A stretch of 60,642 bases of DNA, counting the filler. It is 3 parts of 3 records of this genome, joined end to end, with 100 filler letters (N's around TTAATTAATTAA, not from the genome) between each part and the next. Parts side by side here need not be neighbours in the genome. Positions count along the whole stretch, not along the records: positions 48,515 to 60,642 come from SRR20825019_3009; 2 more parts are not named here. The stretch is one strand, 5' to 3'. The position numbers were made by a program, and so were the translations under genes. Positions 54,297 to 60,642 of this stretch are shown piece after piece. The number at the start of each line of letters is the position of its first letter. Position 1 is the stretch's first letter. The notes under the pieces were generated by a model. The model was not told the DNA's origin. It worked only from the letters and a program-made list of their open reading frames with translations, and searched no databases.

Positions 54297-55391
54297 ATGA
54301 AAGATAACCAAAATATTTTAAATTCAGATAGCGAAAAGCTTGAATATATTGAAAAGCAAAGTAAATTTTTTAATATAGATCTTGGTAATATTAAAAGTCT
54401 TACACATGATAGGCTTGATGATTTAGTGAATTTTTTAGGTAGAGGTGATGCTATTTTAGCTAGTGCTGGTAATATCATTAATAGTATTGAGGAATTTAAA
54501 GAGCATAATAAGGTTGCAAGATTTATTGATGATAAAATTGGTGGGGTGAGTTTTGTTAAAGATTTTCATCACTCTTTCAATGATTCTATATATAATCCGT
54601 TGATTACAATGCAAAGAGATCTAAAAAAAAGCTACCATGAAAAAGATTACCTATCTTTAGTACAAACGATACTTGGAGGAGTTATTAATACACATAAAGG
54701 ATTAGGTAGGTTAAGAAAAGAAATGCGTCAAAAGCATCCTAGAAAAGTGAGGTTATTAGAAGCTTCCATTGCGCCAATTATAGTTTATTTAAGTACAAAA
54801 ATAGGGCCAGCATTTGGTGTTGCTATGGGCACTTGTGTTGTTGCTAAAGGTGGGGTTGATGTTGTTTCAAAAGGAAGAGATATGATAAAAAATTACAAAG
54901 AAGCTAAAAATCTTAAAAAAGATGATAAAGATTTTGATAAACTAGTAGATGATTTAGTAAGTAAGGAAGAAATTAGTGATTCATTACCTATAGCAAAAAA
55001 AATATTATATGAAGAGAAAATATCACCCAAAAAAGTGCATGGGTTAATTGAAAATGATTTAAAAGATTATAATATAGGTCAAGAACATAAAGAGTTTTTA
55101 GATAGCTATATATCAGGTTACTCAAGATTAATTCAAATTGCAGCAGAAGAAAGATCTTCATCACAGAGAAATATTTTAAAAATAAAGGCTTTAAATAATC
55201 TTATAGAAGGATATGAAATAGTATGTGAGTTAAATAATATTAATAGTAAAGAAAAAAAGGAATTATCTTTTAATTCTATTTCAAAAACTATTATTAAAGA
55301 TTGGAAGTCAGCAATTGAAAAAGAAAGAGGGCTTGAGAATTCTAAAGTAAACTTGCATTCAAAACAAAACCCTGTAGAAAGAAGTATATAA
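54297..55391 (+). CDS. Hypothetical helical protein with a central hydrophobic segment
   Basis: A 364-aa ORF in very AT-rich DNA is unlikely to be chance; no family recognised. Confidence 0.8.
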   Translation: MKDNQNILNSDSEKLEYIEKQSKFFNIDLGNIKSLTHDRLDDLVNFLGRGDAILASAGNIINSIEEFKEHNKVARFIDDKIGGVSFVKDFHHSFNDSIYNPLITMQRDLKKSYHEKDYLSLVQTILGGVINTHKGLGRLRKEMRQKHPRKVRLLEASIAPIIVYLSTKIGPAFGVAMGTCVVAKGGVDVVSKGRDMIKNYKEAKNLKKDDKDFDKLVDDLVSKEEISDSLPIAKKILYEEKISPKKVHGLIENDLKDYNIGQEHKEFLDSYISGYSRLIQIAAEERSSSQRNILKIKALNNLIEGYEIVCELNNINSKEKKELSFNSISKTIIKDWKSAIEKERGLENSKVNLHSKQNPVERSI

Positions 55392-55425
55392 TCATTTATC
55401 AAAAATATATATTAAAAGAAAAGTT

Positions 55426-56142
55426 ATGAATACTTATTTATTAATAATTAAGATCTGCATTTTGGTATTAACTAGCAATGTAAAAGCAAGCGGTATATTA
55501 CCAAATATATTTATGGGTGGTAGCTATTCATATTCATCTCCATTATCTGGGTCAATTATAGAGAAAGATGTTGATGAAAATGAGAGTGAGATAAAAATAA
55601 AAAAATCTAGAGGATATAGTGTTTATGTAGGTACAGGAATTATTCCAGGCAGTGAGTTTATGATTCAATATTTAAGCAGAAATAACTTTCCAGCTTCAAT
55701 ACTTACTCCAAGTATCAAGAACATAGCACCTGCAACTAAATCAGATACTAAAGCAAAGATTTCAGCTTTTATTGGAATGGTTAATTTAAAATTACTTCCT
55801 TTAGGAATAGTTGATACCTATTTTAGAATAGGACTTGGGCGATCAAGATCAAGAATATTAGCTTCTGATGGAGAAATTGCTGAAGGTAATAATAAGGGGA
55901 TGGTAGCAATCAAATATTTAGATAATAAAAAAAATGGTATAGCTACATATTTTGGTGTTGGTAGCATTTTTCATTTAAGTAGTTTTATAAAACTCACTTT
56001 TGATGCAGGAATTTTGGGTATTTCTTCAGCAGAAATTAAATATAAAAAATTGATGCCAAGTGGTAATTGGTCAGAACCATCATCAATTAAAAAGGCTATG
56101 GGGGCTTATGAGTTTTTGATTGGTTTAAGATTTAATATCTAA
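55426..56142 (+). CDS. Outer-membrane beta-barrel protein (OmpA/opacity-like small barrel)
   Basis: Signal peptide ending VKA, amphipathic strands (YFRIGLG, YFGVG) and C-terminal beta-signal YEFLIGLRFNI. Confidence 0.8.
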   Translation: MNTYLLIIKICILVLTSNVKASGILPNIFMGGSYSYSSPLSGSIIEKDVDENESEIKIKKSRGYSVYVGTGIIPGSEFMIQYLSRNNFPASILTPSIKNIAPATKSDTKAKISAFIGMVNLKLLPLGIVDTYFRIGLGRSRSRILASDGEIAEGNNKGMVAIKYLDNKKNGIATYFGVGSIFHLSSFIKLTFDAGILGISSAEIKYKKLMPSGNWSEPSSIKKAMGAYEFLIGLRFNI

Positions 56143-56251
56143 TTATGACGCATATAGCTATAAGCTTTTAGTATAATCTTGAATTTTTAGAATAGTAAGT
56201 TTTAAATTACCTAGATATCGATATATAGGGAAGAAAATATATCAAATATGT

Positions 56252-57490
56252 TTATATTTTTTTCCAGTCTTTCTTTTTAGTAGCAGGTGAGAAATAATTT
56301 CCTTGCATTCCATGTATTTTTATTTCTTTTAGATATTCAGCTATTTCTGAAGATTCAACATATTCTGCAACAGTTTTAGCCCCAATACTTTCTGCAATTT
56401 TTATAAGCGTTTCAACAAGGACTCTATTTTGAGTATTTTTAAATATGTTTTTAATATAATGTCCATCAATTTTTATAATATCTATAGGTAATTTATTTAA
56501 TTGCATAAAAGAAGTATAACCAGATCCAAAATCATCGATTGCTATAGTTGAACCTAATGAATGAATCAAATCAATAAATTTTCTAGTATAATCATAATCT
56601 AAATTACAAGCTGTTTCAGTTATTTCTATAACTAGTCTTGAAGCTATTTCTTTATTATATAGTAATTTTTTTATATATTCATGTAAGCCAAGATCTGATA
56701 CTCCTAAATGAGAGATGTTAATAGATAGTTTAATCCTTGAATTTTTTAACTCTTCTATAACCATATCAAGTACCATACGGTCAATAATATTTATTAAACT
56801 ATTTTGTTCAGCTGATTTAATAAGAGGACCAACTGAAAAAACTTCTCCATGTTTATTTGGGATTCTTAAAAGGCATTCATAATAAATTATATCATTACTT
56901 TTACATTCTAATATTGGCTGATATACAAATGATACTTGTTTTTTTATAATAGCTTCTTTTAGTAAGGAGAGGTTTTCATGGTCATTTTTTAATTGACTTA
57001 GTTTATTATTTTTTTCTTGATATTCAATATAGTAATTACTACATTCTTTACATACTGTACTAGTTACAAGTTTTTTAAGCAAGTTTTCAGGGGTAGTTCC
57101 AAATTCCGGATATTTTATAGATGTAATTTGTAAATCAATATTTACTTTGGTTGATTTATAAATATCAAGCTGACTAAAATTAAAAATTCTATCTGATAAA
57201 AGTCTTACTTCATGATTTGTAAAGTCTTGTAATATTGAGATTATCTCATGATCATTTAGTTTTATCCATGAAGCGTTATGAGTATTATCTAGTATTTTGA
57301 TTATACCTTGAGTTAACTTTTTTTTAGTATTTGTATATTCATCCTTTCCAAACATAATAGTGTTTATGTCTGAATTTGTATGTTTTATTAAAATAATAAT
57401 ACCTTGTTTTGATAAAGAGATTGAATTTTTAAATTCCTCTTCTACTAGCTTGAGTTTATCTTGGCCATATATGGGCTCAAAACATTCCAT
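56252..57490 (-). CDS. Degenerate GGDEF + EAL c-di-GMP phosphodiesterase
   Basis: YQPI, ECLLR, SIN, EITE, DDFGSGY, KIDG, AEYVE, QGNYF. The GGDEF position reads NDHEI. GAGG RBS upstream. Confidence 0.92.
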   Translation of the reverse strand: MECFEPIYGQDKLKLVEEEFKNSISLSKQGIIILIKHTNSDINTIMFGKDEYTNTKKKLTQGIIKILDNTHNASWIKLNDHEIISILQDFTNHEVRLLSDRIFNFSQLDIYKSTKVNIDLQITSIKYPEFGTTPENLLKKLVTSTVCKECSNYYIEYQEKNNKLSQLKNDHENLSLLKEAIIKKQVSFVYQPILECKSNDIIYYECLLRIPNKHGEVFSVGPLIKSAEQNSLINIIDRMVLDMVIEELKNSRIKLSINISHLGVSDLGLHEYIKKLLYNKEIASRLVIEITETACNLDYDYTRKFIDLIHSLGSTIAIDDFGSGYTSFMQLNKLPIDIIKIDGHYIKNIFKNTQNRVLVETLIKIAESIGAKTVAEYVESSEIAEYLKEIKIHGMQGNYFSPATKKKDWKKI

Positions 57491-57809
57491 TGCTACCTCA
57501 AATTACTATGTTTTTCAGATGCTAACACAAGATTTAAAGGAAAGCAAATAAGTTTTTCAAAAAACACAATAAATATTTGTATTCATTACTTATTGATGAG
57601 TTTAAACATATTTGTTATTGATGATTTAATTAATAATTGTAGAATGAAACAGTTAAATAAAAATTCAAACAAAATTTTAGTCAAACAAAGTTTTTATAAA
57701 AGAATTTAAATAATTTTTTCAAAAAATAATTAAATAATCTTCTTATTTAGTTAATTAGTTGTAAAGTTTGCTTTTTAAGAAATCATAAAATAATTATAGG
57801 ATAAAGTTT

Positions 57810-58160
57810 ATGTATGATGATAGAAATATATTTGCCCAAATACTTAATAAAAAAATTAAAATTAATAAAGTTTTTGAGAATAAATATGCTATATCATTTT
57901 GGGATATAGCTCCTGTTGCACCTATTCATGTTTTAGTTATTCCCAAGGGTAAATATAAAAATTATAGTGATTTTATCAGTAATGCAAAAAATGATGAAAT
58001 AAATGGCTATTATAAATCTATACAACACACATTAAGTGCACTTAATATAACAGATGGAAGTTATAGACTAATTTCAAATTGTAAAAGTAAATCAGGTCAA
58101 ACTGTTATGCATTTTCATACTCATATAATATCTGGTAAAGAATTAACCAGTTTAATATAA
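57810..58160 (+). CDS. HIT family nucleotide hydrolase (HinT-like)
   Basis: NIFAQI, DIAPVAPIHVLVIPK, GQTVMHFHTHII. Confidence 0.95.
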   Translation: MYDDRNIFAQILNKKIKINKVFENKYAISFWDIAPVAPIHVLVIPKGKYKNYSDFISNAKNDEINGYYKSIQHTLSALNITDGSYRLISNCKSKSGQTVMHFHTHIISGKELTSLI

Positions 58161-58262
58161 TTTTATTAATGTTATAAATAATAAAAGCTAATTATCTAAT
58201 AGAAATAATTTTATAAATCTCAAAATAGTTAAAAACCTAAATAAATCAAAAAAGTCAAATTT

Positions 58263-59273
58263 ATGATATCAAAAAAATATAATATAGGAGTAGTTGGAGC
58301 TACTGGATCAGTTGGTAGATCTTTAATCAGTCTTTTAGGTGAAAGGAATTTTCCAGTATCTTCTCTAAAAGCATACGCAACTGAAAAATCCATAGGAAAA
58401 AAAATTAGTTATTTAAATACAGAGATATCTGTTGATCTAATTGATAATATAGATTTTAGTAAGATAGATATAGCATTTTTTTGTACAGAAGCCTCTATTT
58501 CAAGAAAGTATGCTACTAAAGCTATAGAGATGGGCTCTATAGTGATTGATAAATCTTCATGTTATAGAATGCAGCAAAATATTCCCTTAATAGTACCTGA
58601 GGTGAATTTTAATAAATATCTAGAAAGTAAAAATCAATTTATAATTTCAAATCCTAATTGTTGTGTTATACCTATTGCATGTGTATTAGATATAGCTCAA
58701 AAATTATCAAAAATAAAAAGAGTTATTATATCAACATATCAATCAGTTTCTGGTTCTGGTAAGCATGGTATGGATTCTTTGTATCAACAAACTATGTCAA
58801 AATTTGGCTTTAATTCAGAAGGTTTTAATATATATAAAAAACAGATAGCATTTAATATAATACCTGAAATAGGAGAAGTTAATAGTTCTGGGGATACTGA
58901 AGAAGAACAAAAAATTGTAGAAGAACTACAAAAAATTTTTTCAAATGATATTAAGATAAGTGCAACTTGCGTAAGAGTTCCTGTTTATATTGGACACTCT
59001 TTTAGTATTAATATAGAATTTGAAGGGGCTCCTCAATTATCAGATCTTAAAAGAGAATTTACATCACAAAAACATATTAAATTTTTAGACTTTGGGGAAG
59101 AAGATATTACACCTAAGGATTTTAGTGGTAAAGACTACATATCTGTCTCAAGACTTAGAAAAGATACATCATGCAGTAACTCTTATAATTTATGGGTAGG
59201 GTGCGATAATCTCAGAAAAGGTGCATCACTCAATGCTATTCAGATTGCTGAACAAATAATAAAAACAAAGTAA
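58263..59273 (+). CDS. asd: Aspartate-semialdehyde dehydrogenase
   Basis: VVGATGSVG, PLIVPEVN, SNPNC, TYQSVSGSG, ATCVRVPV..GHS, DNLRKGA.LNAIQI. Confidence 0.96.
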   Translation: MISKKYNIGVVGATGSVGRSLISLLGERNFPVSSLKAYATEKSIGKKISYLNTEISVDLIDNIDFSKIDIAFFCTEASISRKYATKAIEMGSIVIDKSSCYRMQQNIPLIVPEVNFNKYLESKNQFIISNPNCCVIPIACVLDIAQKLSKIKRVIISTYQSVSGSGKHGMDSLYQQTMSKFGFNSEGFNIYKKQIAFNIIPEIGEVNSSGDTEEEQKIVEELQKIFSNDIKISATCVRVPVYIGHSFSINIEFEGAPQLSDLKREFTSQKHIKFLDFGEEDITPKDFSGKDYISVSRLRKDTSCSNSYNLWVGCDNLRKGASLNAIQIAEQIIKTK

Positions 59274-59457
59274 ATAAAATTTATTATAATTATAAAATAA
59301 TTAATACTTCTTACTATTATAAAAATTTAAATATTATAAACCATGAATTTTGCTTAAGTAAAGTCTAATTTTATCTAAATATATTTATATATAAACTGAT
59401 TATTATTTATGAATTTATTATTTTTATGATAGCAAAGTAATTTAACTTATTAGATTA

Positions 59458-60642
59458 CTAAATATCTGATGTAGATTCACCTACAACTTCTAAATCAGCT
59501 TTAGTTTCTGTTTGGATAATCGGGTCATTTATTTTATTATTTAAATCTCCAGAGTAAGACATGGCAGATTGTTTCTTATTAGATAAATCAAGTTCAAGAT
59601 TCTGATTATCGCTTATATCATTTTCATCTTTATCCTGGCTTATTTTTTCTATAGCTCTTTTCTTTGATATATCTTCTTTTTGAGTTGCTTTTGAAGTATT
59701 ATTTGAAGTTTCTTCTATATATGTTTCAATTAATTTGAAATTTTCATTAATTATGTTTTTTACATATTCTTTCTCAGAATTAAATATTAAATATTTATTT
59801 TTACCCCAATTATTTGATTTATATAACTCATACGCTTTTTTAAAGTCCCTTACTGATTCTTCTATGTGTCCTTTTTCTTTCAATAGAGTACCTCTTTTAC
59901 AATAAGAAAGAGGGTTTTCTTGAAATAATTCAATAGATTTTGTTAGGCTTTCCATTGCTTTATCATGATTTCCCAAAATATAATGTGCAGATCCCTTTAA
60001 ATAAAAAGCTGCTGTATCAGGTGCTAAATTTAATGCTATACCTGAATATTTAAGACTTTCATAGTAATTACCTTGATACAATAGTGAACCTGCTAAATTG
60101 CTATAATAAGCAGATTTAGGGTCGAGCTTTATTGCTTTCTTATATTTCTTGCTAGCTTCACTATATTTCCCTGTATTTGAATAATATATTCCAACTTCAT
60201 TATATACAATAGCATTTGTAGGATCAAGCTTTATAGCTTTTTTAAAATTTCTTAAAGCCTCCTCAAATTTTTCTAAGGAATTTAAGGCGCCACCTTTTCC
60301 GCAATATGCCAAAGAGTTTGATGGATTTAACTCTATAGCTTTATCATAATTTTTTATAGCTTTTTCATATTCGCCTAATAAATGTAAAGAACGGCCATTT
60401 GCAAAATATGCCTTGTCGTAAGAAGGGTTTAACTCTATTGCAACTTCAAAAATCTTATGAGCTTCTTCGTGTTTTTCTACATTACCTAAAGATGAACCTA
60501 TGTCATAATACATTCTATATGCACATCCAGGATATCTCTCTATTGCTTTATTAAAACACTTATAAGCCTTTTTATGTTTTCCTAAAGCATTTAAGGAAAT
60601 GCCCTTTTCAATATATGCCTCAGCGCTATAAGGATTTAACTC
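59458..60642 (-). CDS. TPR-repeat protein, 5'-truncated by the window end
   Basis: The frame of ORF 59458-60513 stays open to the edge (ELNPYSAEAYIEKG..). Repeated KAIELNP/KAIKLDP, then a low-complexity tail ending LEVVGESTSDI. Confidence 0.9.
   Translation of the reverse strand, partial: ELNPYSAEAYIEKGISLNALGKHKKAYKCFNKAIERYPGCAYRMYYDIGSSLGNVEKHEEAHKIFEVAIELNPSYDKAYFANGRSLHLLGEYEKAIKNYDKAIELNPSNSLAYCGKGGALNSLEKFEEALRNFKKAIKLDPTNAIVYNEVGIYYSNTGKYSEASKKYKKAIKLDPKSAYYSNLAGSLLYQGNYYESLKYSGIALNLAPDTAAFYLKGSAHYILGNHDKAMESLTKSIELFQENPLSYCKRGTLLKEKGHIEESVRDFKKAYELYKSNNWGKNKYLIFNSEKEYVKNIINENFKLIETYIEETSNNTSKATQKEDISKKRAIEKISQDKDENDISDNQNLELDLSNKKQSAMSYSGDLNNKINDPIIQTETKADLEVVGESTSDI

Overview
The window is three unrelated contigs joined by two artificial 100-nt linkers (N44-TTAATTAATTAA-N44 at 27232-27331 and 48415-48514). 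Contigs 1 (1-27231) and 2 (27332-48414) are gene-dense nuclear DNA of an unidentified microbial eukaryote, probably an aerobic flagellate. It uses the standard code, has short GT-AG introns (mostly 46-60 nt) with a CTRAY branch point, leaves tiny gaps between most convergent genes, and has extremely GC-rich islands at gene 5' ends. About 20 genes can be reconstructed: S1P lyase, MATE, Dpy-30, TANGO2, EFR3, NDUFAF8-like, EB1-like, PlsB-type GPAT, enoyl-CoA hydratase with PTS1, Gfo/Idh/MocA oxidoreductase, DH-PH-FYVE-PDZ RhoGEF, steroid 5-alpha-reductase, an LRR-propeller protein, a DOMON-ferric reductase, a fold-III PLP decarboxylase and several hypotheticals. Contig 3 (48515-60642) is very AT-rich, intronless bacterial DNA resembling a Rickettsiales-type intracellular alphaproteobacterium (hemB, SCO, beta-barrel OMP, GGDEF-EAL, HIT, asd and two TPR proteins). 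The most unusual items are: (1) a six-exon gene for a soluble, order-permuted P-type ATPase actuator domain that lacks TGES and ends in a CaaX box; (2) a Kelch-coiled-coil-pseudokinase-pseudoHECT protein; (3) a bacterial TPR-ankyrin-F-box candidate effector; (4) two helix-rich, lower-GC cores inside divergent promoters that may be unannotated structured RNAs. All calls come from manual motif recognition and hand splicing; no database searches were run.
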